Positions 37,100-51,200 of a stretch of DNA of 64,000 bases are shown here, piece by piece. Numbering within the stretch: the first letter of the stretch is position 1; each line of letters opens with the position of its first letter. The notes below the pieces were generated by a model. It had not been told where the DNA came from, made no database searches, and was given only the letters and a program-made list of their open reading frames with translations. The stretch is from Marsupella aquatica (taxonomy: Eukaryota > Plantae > Marchantiophyta). Made by a program: the position numbers and the translations under genes. The DNA lies in NCBI GenBank assembly GCA_973895155.1, contig OZ316893.1:22093717-22157716 (forward strand). The letters run 5' to 3'.

Positions 37100-37301
37100 G
37101 GGAGAGTCAATCACTCAATGCAGCCTTCTATCTCCATTGTTTAGAGCTAGTTTTTGCCTCTGGACCTTGCACCATCGCTCGAATGTATAACCTGATCCAA
37201 GGGAGAGTCAATCACTCAATGCAGCCTTCTATCTCCATTGTTTAGAGCTAGTTTTTGCCTCTGGACCTTGCACCATCGCTCGAATGTATAACCTGATCCA
37301 A
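37100..37301. repeat. Perfect 101-bp tandem duplication
   Basis: GGGAGAGTCAATCACTCAATG...AACCTGATCCAA starts at 37100 and 37201; the copies are identical by eye. Confidence 0.95.
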
Positions 37302-38328
37302 GGGCAGTAGTGCAATATGCAGAGGTAGAGGTTAAACACTAAAAACCCAGGAAGTCCTCAAACATAGATCTGTTGGACATGACCACACTTGAACCAGAGT
37401 TGTGTAGGCATGAAAGGTTTAGGGCCTCTAGCTGAGTGGTAGAGAACTACCATGTACCCTCTAGGGCATGTACACTTGAGGCCCTCAATCTTAACTAATA
37501 TGCAGAGCACATGCAAAAACTTGAAAATTAATTTTTGTTCATTTTGAACTAGTAATTAGAAAATTTATTATCGGTAACAAGAGAGCTTTTTATAGTAAAC
37601 TATAAATAACAAGGGGTAAATGGAAAGAGGTCACCAGTGCAGGGATGTGCCCTTGAGGGCCTAGATTCAATTCCTAGCTGGTCCATGGTATGAGATCAAA
37701 AAATCAAAAAATTCCTTGAAGTAAGTGTGGCTCAAGGGAGGGTGTTGGACTTCAACCACACTTGAAAGATGGTGCAAGTAGGAAGGGTTGAAACATCATC
37801 ATCATGAGAGTGACATGGGATTTTGCTATTTAAACAGTGGGAGGATTTTGCTATTTATTGTGTGGAGGGTTTTGCAATTGACTGCCTTTAATAACGGTCC
37901 AGCACAAAATCCTGAATTCTCAACTTGTGCTACAATTTGGTCCTCTTTGTATGAGCACAAATTTTGATTATTTCCTCAAGGGTTTTGATGAACCCTGATT
38001 GTTTTGGCTAAAGGGGGCAACTGCTGGGAACACAGAGTCAGAGGTCAAGCACTGCTAAAGTGATGTCCATTAGGGTGTCTCAAAGCACCGTTGTAACGAG
38101 TTGGTCATGAGGACTGAGTTATAGGAATGGCCATAAAAGTTGTGGGCCGCCAAATGGGCTTCTGTAAGAAATTGTCGTGGCAGCTAACTGAAACTTGTAA
38201 CTTTAACTCTGAGACTTTGAATTTGCGTCATCACAACATAGAGTCATCGCAACATCATGTCATCTAGGGACAGAAATGACATGTCAGTCACTATGATTGT
38301 CAGGGGTTTCACTTCCACAAAAATTACA

Positions 38329-38571
38329 CATCACATGCGACGAAAGATAGGATAGTTTTATTGGTTTGAAGATAAGACTTAAGAATTTTCTCAGAATAAC
38401 AATAGGGTATTTTACATCCAATTTTGATCTTATAATAACATTAGGGTCCTTATAACCAAATTTTTGAAATAATCCAAGAATATTTTAACTTTACAGGGAT
38501 TGAAAATAAATATTTTTTCTTACATTTTAGGGGGTGATGGGGAGGCCTCCATATAGTGAGACCCTTGAGTG
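38329..38571 (+). repeat. Dispersed ~250-bp AT-rich repeat (other copies at ~31170-31300 and ~40905-41188)
   Basis: Shared TCAC(A/G)TGCGAC.AA.GATA.GAT..TTTTATTGGTT, AAGAATTTTCTCAGAA and ATCCAATTTTGA, ending GGTGATGGGGAG...TCCATATAGTGAGACCCT.GAGTG. The 31.2-kb copy is partial and more diverged. Confidence 0.7.
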
Positions 38572-41384
38572 CGTATTATTAGAATGCTATTGTGACTACT
38601 TGTCGAGGTAATCAGCTCGTGCTTGTCCGACAAGGACAAGCCAAAAACACTTACTCTGAGTGGGAGTACTCATAACTCATCCCTTATGACACATGTCTCA
38701 AACCCCTCCCTCTTAAACTGATCATGGGGACAACAATGTTTGGGACTTGAAAGTGCTCTGGCAGACCACGCCAAATCATATCCCCCCAACAACCAATGGC
38801 CCGTAAAGTCTGGTCGTAAGTTGTTTTTTGGGCATAAGTGGTGTCCCATAACTTTTCCTTATGGCCCTACTTTGAGATGCCCTATTGGATACACTAAAGT
38901 TAAAATGCCTGAGCCACATTTGTAAGATCTCTAAAGCTTACTGATTAAATTATAAGCCAATTTCAATATTTGGGTGCAATTCATCCAGGTCTCTAATTAT
39001 TGAAATTTCTGTGTGTGAGAAAAACTGTACATAGTGTTTGTGAAGCTTGGAAAAAAATTCAATGCATACATTAGGAATATTCCAAGTGTACATCAGTGTG
39101 ACCTATCATTTTAATGTTTGGGATGTTCCTGAAAATGCATTCTAAATTGATACATGTTATACACTAAATATTTGTGGCTTTGCACTATAGTTTTAATGGT
39201 AAATTTACAACGTTCTCACTGAGGCATGCATGAGAATCTAAAGCCCAAATGGACCAAGATGTTGTCCCTACCCATCACCATGGACTGCGTAAAGCAATCA
39301 TTGCTTCTTCATCAAAAAGAAAAAGGAACCAATCACAGATTGCAGTTTCAATTTTGACTACCTTGTGGAGAAAGTAGTCAAGACGTAAAGTCATGTTTTT
39401 TGAAAATGACCTCAATTCAGTGCAATGGCTCAGCAACTTGCCAGAGAAGGATGGAGCTTCTTTGTCTTGAAGCTCCAATCTCAGCCCCATTGAGAGCAAG
39501 CAAAATAGATCAATGGGATGGAAGGTGTGATTCATTGTAAACATTTACGCCACTGTCATTCTCATATCATGGACTCAAGCCTGCCGCTTAAGAAAGTTGT
39601 CAAGTTATCACAAACTTCACGGTGTCGTGTTGGGAAATATGAGTGATTCTAGCTGATTTTTGCTATAATATGAGTGATTCAGCTAGAAGGCTCGCCCCTT
39701 TCTCAAACAAAAGCTCTCGCTCTACGACAATGGGTGCATGACACATTTTCAAAATGTGCGTGACGTCTTGGTGACTTACTCTACAGGGTAGTCAAAGTTG
39801 TCAGTTGTTAGCCACGTAAACCTTAGTTACCTTAGTTTAATTGAATTTGGCAGATTGGGTTGATATATTTGGAGAGCCCCTGGATCTCGGTTTAACCTGA
39901 AATCGGGGCTGAAATGTTTCTAGCATGGTCTTTGATGTCCAATCTATCATTTGCCTAACAACTTTTGAGACTTTTTGAAATCATTTGCCTCATTTTGGAT
40001 CAACACAAAGATGGTCTAATATAATTCTAAATCATGTCAGTCTTCACTTTAAACTTCCAAAATTTCATGTGGGTCAACTGAAAATGGGTGTTTCCATAAT
40101 AATGATGGCATGAAGTCTTGATGTCTTTCAGGTTCAAGGTCGTCAAGTCATCAAGTTACTGAGGAGACTGGTTTGGTAATGTAACTGAAACCAGCTGCAA
40201 ACAACTCGGAGACTGTATACTAATCACATTTCAGTCAAAAATGTAAATAATGTTATGTGAGTCAATTTTAAATCTTTTGAGCAAGTCCATCTGGGCTTCA
40301 GTTTCCATGTGTGAACTTGATTGTCCCTAGCTACTGTAAATTAAAAAGGGGTGTTGTCAAAGTGGCTGTTTACTCCTTGCACTAACCAAACCCAAAAGCA
40401 GTTGGGGACACTCTTAGTAATAATTACCCATAGTCAGAATGAGGGTGTACCTCTTCCAAGCAGCGTCTCTGTACTGTCCACTGTCTGTGCCTAAGTGCAC
40501 TGTTGACAACTGAAATCCATGACTAAGTGCACACCGGCCATGTAGTCCCCAAATATTACAACAATTTTCTTTGTAAATGCACCCGTCCAAAAAATACAAA
40601 ATTCATAAGTGCATCTTGACCATCACTATACCACAAATACATAAAACAGTGCATTGTCCACAAAACTTCCTCAGTTACTGTAATGTGTATACAAGAAGGA
40701 TTTATTGATAAGTGCAACAAACAATTACATGAAGTAGTTTTATGTAGGAGGGCTTGGGGTATGGGCCATTTGTGTGACCTGACAACACATGAGCCCATTA
40801 GCGGGAACCGGGTTCCCGCTAGAATCTGAAGCCTGCCACAAAGGTTTGTGAGGGAGGACCCAAAAATGATGAGGCTCGGGGATTCCACTTCTACAAAAAT
40901 GGCATATCACGTGCGACAAAGGATAAGATCATTTTATTGGTTCAAAGGGATGACTAAAGAATTTTCTCAGAAAAACAATATGGTCTAGCTTTTAAATCCA
41001 ATTTTGAGACTTATAAGAACATTAGAGTCCTTCTAACCAAAATTTTAAAATATTCCAACTTTACAGGAGTTAAATATTTTTTTACTTACATTTTAGGGTG
41101 TCTGAGACCTAAAAATGTGACAGGTGATGGGGAGACATCCATATAGTGAGACCCTGGGGAGACATCCATATAGTGAGACCCTCGAGTGATGAGGGTGAGA
41201 AACTTTATTGCTGTACACATGTGTTGACCTTTTTCTAGACTTGCCTTGAGTTAGGGCTTGAGTTCTAACTTGCTGGTTCAATCTCGTGGCTTGGAATACA
41301 ATAAAAAATAATGTTATTAATTGTAATCCCTATTGTAATATCTTGAGTGTCGAAGTACAGTGGTTAAAATTTGATATACTTAAA

Positions 41385-41972
41385 TATTGGTAGTGCAGGG
41401 GTGTGTACATAATATGGAGAAGTGAATAACTGATATGTCATGCACATGGATAAGTGCATAAAGGATATGTCGTGCACATATGGAAAAGTGATAATTATAC
41501 TTATTGGTAGTGCAGGGTGTGTACCTAATTATAGAGAAGTCCATAAATAATATGTCATGCACACATGGATAAGTGCATGACTGATACCTAGTGCACATAT
41601 GGATAAGTCCATAAATGCTCTCATGCACATGGATAAGTGCATATGAGACAGGTCTTGCAAAACCATGCCTTAAATCTACATCAGTGGAACAATCAGAACA
41701 TAAACCAATACACAAGTAGTTCAAATCACTTGGTTTGTAAATCTATTGGTTAATATTCTGGTGTAAGGGGTGCATTTATTTGATGTAGATTTAACATGCA
41801 GTTTTGCAAATAGTAATAAGTGCATACCGTGGATAAGTGGAGACTTGGGAATGCATAAATGACAGGTCGTGCAAATATGAATAAGTGCATACCGTGGATA
41901 AGTGGAGGCTTGGGAATGCATAAATGACAGGTCGTGCAAATATGAATAAGTGCATACCGTGTATAAGTGAAG
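41385..41972. repeat. Complex tandem repeats upstream of GlyRS (~118-bp x2, then 65-bp x~2.4) built on an ATAAGTGCAT core
   Basis: TATTGGTAGTGCAGGG.GTGTAC at ~41385 and ~41503. AATAAGTGCATACCGTG(G/T)ATAAGTG at 41815, 41880 and 41945. Confidence 0.85.
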
Positions 41973-42181
41973 ATTTGGGCTGGAGCCTGCACTTAATCAC
42001 ATTGTCGACATTGTGGTGAGATCGTTGTGGGGAACTGGGTCCTTTACTTCCAGTTCCACTTCGTTTCTAAATCGATCACTTGTCTTTCGGCACGACCTCT
42101 GTTCTCTGCTACAATCGCAGGAATTGAGCTGGGTTCAATGGAATTGAATTGAATGGAATTGCATTGAAACGAATTGCTTAC

Positions 42182-42183
<2 letters not shown>

Positions 42184-42225
<42 letters not shown>
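42184..42225 (+). repeat. (AG)21 microsatellite ending 2 nt before the GlyRS start codon
   Basis: 42-nt perfect AG run followed by CT-ATG. Confidence 0.95.
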
Positions 42226-42227
<2 letters not shown>

Positions 42228-45200
42228 ATGGCTGCTGCCCACAGCTCGCTCATGGCGTGCCCACGAGCAGCTAACAACTTCCTCCTCACCATTGGACTGC
42301 TGGGCAGAGCAGCCAGCTTCTCCATGGCCAATGCGCGGTGCACCGTCGTCCGCAGCAGCAGCTGTAGAAGATGCTCCCCCTCCTCCTCTTCCACTCCGGT
42401 TTGCTCGAAGAGAAAGGTGAAGCCCAGCGCTATGTCGCCGTGGAGGAGTCGGCTCAGTCCCATGCGAGCAGCGCCTTCGGTGGATTTGAAGCTCGTGAAT
42501 GGGGGCAGCCGGAGGAGTGCTGTCTCCCGAGCTGGCATGGATTCAGCTGTGGAGGTCGTGGCAGAGAAGAGACCCTCCTCCCAGACCCTCATTGTGCCCC
42601 CAACTTTTCAGCAGGCCATCCATAGGCTACAGGTGAGTTCTGCACGAAGGAGGAAGGAATCAAGACGAAGGACTTGTTTGGTTACTGGAATTCAGTAAAA
42701 GAACAAATTGATATGCTATTGATTGTTTGATGGGGAAATTGTGTACAACAGGATTACTGGGCTTCAGTGGGATGTGCAGTGATGCAGTCAAGCAACACCG
42801 AGGTAAGCATTGAATTATCTTACAGATAGTCAGTTCCTCAATTTTGAATTTGGGAGATTTATGTATTAGACTGACAGAAATTCATGAATATTTTACAGCA
42901 TAACGAATTCAGAACAAATTTTCAAGTTTTGAATCAACTTCCCGCGGCAATTCAATCTTTGAGGGAAGCATTAAATTTCTGTATAGCTTTGTCTGAAGCT
43001 AGTTGATGCTGTTAGGGATCGTTGAAAACTTAAAGTGGATTTCATCGTGACAATCAATTTTATCTTTCAAGACCGAAAACTAAAGGCGGCTAAAATTTTC
43101 CTACGAATTTGAGCTGCACTATTCGAAGATGATTTATATCAAGCGAGTTAAAATAGCAACGCAGTCAATCGCTCGTCAGGTTTCTGCGTAATCTTGTAGG
43201 TGATCGTCTTTTGCTTGGGATGGACAGATGTGTACGTCTAGAGGGTGATTCCCAGAGAGTGTCTGTCTACAAGCTGCTAACCGGCATCATTTATTCTCAG
43301 GTGGGAGCTGGAACCATGAATCCAGCAACGTTTCTTCGTGTTCTTGGGCCAGAACCTTGGAATGTCGCGTGAGTACATCTTTGTCTGTCTCACTTCTTCA
43401 AGATCCTTTTCTTCCTAGGTCAAGTGTAGACTCATATTTTTTGGTAGGCATTTTCAGGGTGAATGAAATGTTCTTGAACCTAAGCAGCATCATGGCTCTG
43501 TCCTGTTATGAGGACAGCTTATTATTGGTGCTTGCTTTCCTTCTTCTGGTAGCCTGGAATACGATCAAAAGTTTCCTGACTTTCGTATCTGTTGCTTTGG
43601 AGGATCTGCTGCTCTGTTTTTCCTCTGCTGACTCATACCGTGGTCAGCCGTTTTGGAATCTATCTTATTATTATGTGCGTTATTATTCTCAAGTTGTGAC
43701 AATGCATTGGCTGCGGTGTATACAAAATCCAAAGCCACCTTCTTCATGTTGAAGTTGATTTTGTGATTTAGGTATGTTGAACCAAGCGTGAGGCCTGACG
43801 ACAGTCGATACGGAGACAACCCTAACAGAGTTCAGAAACATACCCAATTCCAGGTATAATTGTGCTCTGTATAAAGCATCTTAAGAGTGGCGATTACCTT
43901 ACATGTGTTTGGGATGGAGCTTTCTTTCATCGTTTGCTCTAGTTTGACTCCCTCTGTCGATGAGCTTTCTATTGAACGCAACCTTTAACTGCTTAATCGC
44001 CATAGTCCCTCACTTGCCTGAATCTCAAGTGCAGGTTATATTAAAGCCTGACCCGGGAAATTCACAGGAGCTTTATCTGGGTAGCCTGGCTGCTCTTGGT
44101 AAGGGCTTCTCTTCAGCGATTAAGAATTCTATTCTCGAGTCTATGAATGTGGATAGTCGTTGCCGTTAAAGATAATTAGCTCGATTTCTACTTTAAAGAG
44201 CTTTTGATACTTCCTCGAAAAGAATTCTCACCACAACTTGACGCTACTGGTCGCTGAGGGTGGGCTTCCCTGACAGTTTAGACTTGAAACACAGTGAATG
44301 CTACAGCTGCAGTCGTATAGCTGATGATAAGCACTTGTGCAGTAGTCGTCAATTCAAGAAAGCTGGTTTTTGGTTATAATCTGCTCACTGCCAGTTGTGG
44401 GGGGTTGGCACTCATGCCAGCTACCTTTCATTCAATGCGGCAGTTTGTATGATTTAGATGCTCTCTGCCCTTGTCCAAACTAGTTTAGATTTTAACAAGC
44501 ATTGACACTTGTGAAGCTTACTCTTGATTCAGGTATTGATATCACGGCACATGATGTTCGCTTTGTTGAGGATAACTGGGAAAGTCCGGTAAATTTACAA
44601 CCTGATATCGATGTGATACCCAGTTGAAATTTGCTTGTCGAGATCGTCATTACCAGCCCGTGTGAATGGCTTGGTTCTGAATCGTGGTTCACCAAATCCT
44701 GGTTTTTCTCACTATATTTTGTCTTGGAACAGGTATTGGGTGCCTGGGGTCTAGGTTGGGAGGTGTGGATGGACGGCATGGAGATAACTCAGTTCACCTA
44801 TTTTCAGCAGGCAAGCTCCTGATCATGCACCAGCCTGGCTTGGCGTGATGTCAAATGTGGCTTTGATGCACATCTGTGCCCACAAGTATAAATGTGGAAG
44901 GTAGGACTCACTTGCCAAGTCAGTGCTGTAGTTTCTCAATAGACTAGGTTAGCTTTGAGTTCTCACTGCCTTTGGGGTTTCCTTATGATGGCTAACAGCC
45001 CCTACTCTAAGGTCATCACCTTGATTTGTTGGCATCTGTTAGGCTAGTCCATGGAGATAGTATGGACCGTGATGTGATTGTAGTTCTTTTGACGGTAAAT
45101 TCCCACAATCTAGGGTCAGAGTGATACTACTAATTCGGAAATTAGTGCATGAAGCTAAGATCTGGGTAGTGGAGCAGGCTGGGAGCTTACCCTTGGTTCC

Positions 45201-48200
45201 AGTTTCTGTGGAGATCACCTATGGCCTTGAGCGAATCTTGATGTCTCTCCAGGTTTGCAGCTTGAACCTGTTCTGCTGTTTTAGTTTTGGTAAACATGTA
45301 GAAATATATTCAAGGGAGAGGTTCATATTGGCTTTTGCGATTTTTCCTTCCATTTGGTTGTATGCTGTTACAGAATTCTTAACGGAATCATACCCAGAAG
45401 AAAGTATTAGGATATCAACATGGAAATTTATGAAAGTTTAGACCGTATATCGACTTCTCTACATCTCTCTGTTGGGGCATTGATGTCCTGGGTATCGAGT
45501 TCAGCCATTTTTGCTTCCTCACAGGGTGTTGACCATTTCAAGAAGATTCAGTATGCTCCAGGAATCACATATGGAGAACTTTTTCTTGAAAACGAGTAAT
45601 TCTCTTTCTGACTGACTGTACAGTTGTCACAGAAGCCCGTTGAATTTTTTTTGGCTTTACTGTTGTGCTTCCTGTACGCTGTACCTGTTGGAATCTGCTG
45701 AAACAATGGGCGACTATACTCAACCATTTGCTAATAGGATTTGTGGCCGCAACACGTTTCATGTGCTCTTCAAATTTTTGTTCCCCCAATCTCACTCGTG
45801 CATGGTGCGTGGAAAATCAGGAAGGAAATGAGTTCGTACAATCTGGAGCTAGCTAACGTGGAGAGGGTCCAGCAACGATTTGATCTCTATGATGCGGAGG
45901 CCCGAGCTCTTTTGGAGCACGGTTTGGCTATTCCAGCGTATGTATTAGTTCTGTAGCCGATGTGTCTACAATTTACTTGTCAGTATATCTCAATGCCTTG
46001 TATCTGATGTTTGGCAAATTCCATAAAGAGGTTTGCCTAACATTGGGTTTCTGAAGCACACAATCTGTTGTACATTCTGGAATTGTGGCCAGTTATGACC
46101 ATGTTCTGAAAACTTCACATGCTTTCAACATACTGGATGCTCGAGGTGCTGTTGGTGTAACAGAAAGGGCCAAACTTTTTGGCCGAATGCGCACGTAAGA
46201 TCTTGCTTTTATTTGTACAATAGTCAGTAGCAGTAGACAAGTTGGTGATATTCAAATGGCAGTACAAAGTTTACTCCTGATTGTGCCCTGATTTGCCGTA
46301 GATCAATGCCAAATTTAAGCTCCACTTGCTATTATGAACTATGTTATATGGACTAGGTGTTGGGATGGGTTTTTCCTATGTGCAGACTTGCACGTCAGTG
46401 TGCCCAACTTTGGGTCGAGACTCGCGAGAGATTGAACTATCCATTGGGAGTGTGGGAGGAGTCACCGTCTCTTCCACATCCTTTGACTGGTGCAGAAGAG
46501 ACAGCGTCGAAGGTAATATAGACATAGTGTACGCTGCAGATTTCTAGGGATCTCTGCAATCTATGTAATAATTAAGATCACCAATATTGCATACGTAAGA
46601 GATCCTTGTCCTGTCTGTGCTCATTAACCGATTAATGCTCCAATAACGGTCATCTTCCTTTTACAAACCAAAAGTGCTCTCCGATTTCTGTTGCGTTGTG
46701 TATTATTATTTAAAGTTTTCAGTTTTCTTTAAACCTTTTCTTCATGTCATATCACCGCTCATAATGTCTTAAGCTGACAACAGCGGTTTGGTGGGTCAGC
46801 TTTCTACGCCTCAAACATTTGTTCTTGAAATTGGATCTGAGGAGCTTCCTCCTCAGGATGTAACAAGTGCTATATCTCAAGTAATTCTCTCTACTTTGAT
46901 ACATCATGTATTTTTCTGATTTATGTTAGTGATCCAATAATTGACTTGCGGTTGGTTTTAGTTGGAGTTGGGAAATCGTTCTCCTTCGCTTGTACTAAAT
47001 ATCAGTTACGGATTGCAGTTGGAAGCAGCATTTCCCCAGTTACTGACAAGCGAGAGACTACAATATCACAAATGTTCAGTTCAGGGAACTCCTCGCCGGC
47101 TTGTGGTTTGTTTCATCCTCTTCCTGAAAGCTCCACAACTGTAGGCTTAAAGTATCTCTACCTCCATTTTGCAGAGGACTCCCTATTGTCGTCTTTACTG
47201 AAGAGTTTGAGACAATGAATTGAGGGTAACCCCCACACCGATTGTTATTTCGTCTTAATTTGGAAGCACTGCTTACCAGTGATCTTCTGACGTTGCGGTG
47301 TGTCAAAGGTTGTGGTTGATCAATTGGCAACAAGACAAGAGGACTCGGAGAAAGAAGTGCGTGGACCACCAGCTTCAAAGGCATTTGACATAGAAGGAAA
47401 ACCCACGAAGGTATATTCTATATTCCCTCAATTCACTTAAGGTGGAACAGGTATGATCTAATACCAACATACCATTTTGAATATGACACGTGACCATGAC
47501 AGCCACTTGTAGTCAGTTAAACATAGTCTTGCGCTTCATTCCTAATCAATTAAAAGGAAAAGATCTTTGATTAAAAATAAAGCAATCGTAGAGATAACAA
47601 GGTTAAAACATAGATTTATTTCAAATATGGCAGATAAGACGGTTGAAACATACATAATATTTTCAAATATGGCAGTCTTACATATCTGAGTTAGTATTCT
47701 TCAGTGACCCATTTGATTTGTAGTTAAATTCCCCTGGAAAATGTGCAGGCGGCTGAGGGCTTTTGCAAGAAAAATGGTGTGACTATGGAGGACGTTATCG
47801 TGAAAGCAGATGGTTAGTGTTAGAGTTTCTTAGGCTGTTGCATTGACTCTTCTGCATTTTGTAGGTGCTTGCAAGTATTGCTCAGTTTGCTCAATATACT
47901 CAAGGGATTTAGTGGTCAAGCTTGGAGACAATGCACATTTCTGGTGAAGGTGACTCCGAGGTTGATTAGGTATGATGAGGTGAATTTGTATCCGATAGTT
48001 TTCGTTATTGATAAGAGCGTGGATGGTGCATACTTAATTGGGAAAATAGACATGTGGACGCTGCGCAATAGAAGCGTTTGACCTGCCCTGCTTACTTATC
48101 TCCAAAATTATGCGATCACAGGAAAGACAGAGTACCTTTATGCAGTTGTGAAGGAGCCAAAAATGCATACAATTGAGGTGTGACCTAGTTTTTAGAACTG

Positions 48201-51200
48201 AATGTTCGAGCATAGTTAACTTTCTTTTCTGCTTCAGATGTATTTAAACTTGTTATTCAACGCCTTTCTTAGATGTGGATATGTGACTTCTTCAAATCAG
48301 AGAAAGGAAGGGGGTTGATATTCTGGTTTTGTTATTGCTTCTTGAAGTTTTAGGGTGCCCCAAAGTACCTCGCTTGTGAAACTAAATAGTTTACTGAATA
48401 GGTTTTGGTGAAAGGACTCCCTGCAATTCTTTCAAATCTGTCTTTTCCCAAGACAATGCGCTGGAACTCTCAGGCAAGATCTAGCTTCTGTCAAATTGCA
48501 TGCACTTGTTGTATGGTTGATTTTAGAGGTATCCGAAGACGTGCAGTGAGAGAGGTACCTATAAATTAAACAGGATACAATTCTCAATTGGTGTGACATC
48601 TGTTCGACAGTTTTCTAGAGCAGTTATGGTAACAAGCAGGAAAAGAAACGAATTGTGCCTGCATTGCCAGCCTCTGTATTTGCGATATTGCAAAGTGGTC
48701 TTTTTGAGACATGAGTGTGCTAGCAAATCCTAAAGTATGGATTGGCATCTCGTCAGGTTGCTTACAGTAGGCCCCTGAGGTGGCTTGTAGCACTTTACGG
48801 GGATATTCTCGTACCTTTCTCTTACGCAGGTCTTAACAGGTTTGGTCTGGACCTCATGTTTTCGTCCAATCCAAAACTTTTCAGATTCAATGTTTTGCTA
48901 ATTGTGCAATACCTCCTGCTTTCCTCGATAGCTGAGCTTTTTGCGGTTTGGAGTTGATTTGTGCTCATTTCCTACGTCTTCAGTGGCCATGCTTCCCGAG
49001 TGCTGCGGAATGCTTTGCATCCAACTATTCAGGTACACTCATGCAAAGAACAAGTGACCTTGTCGATCACTTTTTTCAATATGTCTTTTCGAAAACAATT
49101 AAAAACCAGGGCTGAATAATTTACTAAAGAAGGGCCAAACAAAGCACCATTACCATTGCTTCAGCGTGGTTTGTAAAAGACCTGGTTCACTTGGAAATAA
49201 GTCACTTAAAAATGAGTCAAAGCAGGTTGAACGGGCAGAAGACTACCTGAGCTCCATGAAGGAAGCAGGCATCATACTCAGCCTAGAGGTAAATTATCTT
49301 TTTCTCAAACTTTTCTTGGTTTAAAGTTGCTTAGTGCGTGTGATGTACATAGGAATGGTGAATGATTAATTCGTGTTGCTTGCTGATCTGGATTGTGATG
49401 ACTGCAGGAACGGCGTGAGAGTATTTGGGCAAATAGCAGTGCCTTGGCGGCAAGCATAAATGGTTGCATCCCTGCAGAGGCCCGGGGTAGTTTGCTTGAT
49501 GAGGTACATCATCAGAAATCAGACGGGGAACAGCCGATCTTACCTGCGTAAATTCGTTTTCAACTAGACATTTCCCACTTTTTTGTGGACCTGTTCGTAA
49601 CTCGAAATTTGTCTTGGGATTCTATTTATCCAGTGATAAGACTGACAAGTAATACTTGTAGGTTGCAAATTTGGTGGAGTCACCACTTCCAATTCTGGGC
49701 CACTATGAGGATGCCTTCTTAAACCTTCCAGCAGATGTTCTTACCACTGTAATGATCTCCACCTGCAACTGAATCGTCTTTTGCCACTTTTGTGACTTTG
49801 CTTAATTAAGCTTTTTTCGCCTGCAAGATACTGCAATGGATAGCAGGTGTCGATCTAATTTCAGGAATCTAGCTTTGCAGATGGAGAGAATTTGGATGAC
49901 GTCTGATGTTGTTCCGTATCGTTGTGAAGGTCATGCGCAAACACCAGCGGTACTTTCCAGTGGTGGACAAAGAAACCGGCCAACTTTTACCAGCGTTTAT
50001 TGCGGTCGGTAACGATTTCTGTTTTGCGGTCGCTGTCGTTACTCTTGCAAAATGTGACCTTGGTCTTCTGTTTATAAACTGTGCACAAAATGTTTGGCAG
50101 GAATTTAGCCTCACATCCAGGTCGGCTGACAGATTTGTATGAATATCTACCCCTTATTTATTAGGTTTGTGGGGAGTTCTCTTTTAGTCCTGACGTGGAA
50201 TAGTTCAGCACGGAGTACAGGCACAGCCTTCTGTCACATGACGACTCAAAACTTGCCTAAAATTGCTGCAAGTTAGATGATTTAGCAGCACGGGCAAACT
50301 TGGATTCGATATATTGTAAAACTGACCTCAGTATGCCTTTTTGAGTACAGGTTGCAAATGGGGCCATCGATGAAGAAACAGTCCGGAAAGGAAATGAGGC
50401 TGTCTTGAGGTATGTCTCTTAGCAAACGAAAAGCAATATTTGAAATGCCAGATTTTGCGAGGCATGTACTAAGCATTCCAAGAATGAGCTGATGAAATGG
50501 TCTAGTGGTCTAGCAACCCTATCGGAAAAATGATATTACCAATATGTCAACACCATTTCCTTCATAGGTTTACTAGATTGATCTGTGTTAATGATACATT
50601 TAGTACAGATTCAATTGATACAGATTAAAAATCTGTATCAATGTTTTGTCCAGATTGTGGAATGTACTTCTTGGATTGATTTCGCCTGGTTGTAAACCAA
50701 ATTGGCAGGGCAAGGTACGAGGATGCAAGATTCTTTTATAACTCAGATAGATCCAAGTCTCTGGCAGATTTTCGTCCGGTGTTACAGGGGATAACCTTCC
50801 AGGTGTGGAAGAGCTTACATGCTTGCAGAGACCAATGCCCAGCATGTTGTTGCATAAATAGGGGAGGATCTTATTTGAATGCAGTGATCATAAGCGGAGA
50901 GATGGTTAAAGTTTGGTGACAAGGCCAGCCCTATCTAGCCTTTTGTTAATGAAGTTTTCTTACAGTGTTCTTATGTCCTTGTGACAGGAAAAACTGGGGT
51001 CAATACTGGATAAAACTAAGAGGGTCGAGAGAATGGTGCAGCATTTGGGATTGGCCTTGGGAATCGATGAAGCGGGCATTAACATAGCACAGGAAGCTGC
51101 TCCTCTTGCTTCAGCAGACTTAGCTACAGCAATGGTCACAGAATTTACTTCCTTGGCAGGAATCATGGGCCGCCATTATGCATTGAAAGAAGGCTACAAC

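Noticed and set aside
42044-42592. 182-aa antisense ORF overlapping GlyRS exon 1
   Set aside because: It is a shadow of a GC-rich exon plus the AG microsatellite (SLSLSL run), with no domain.
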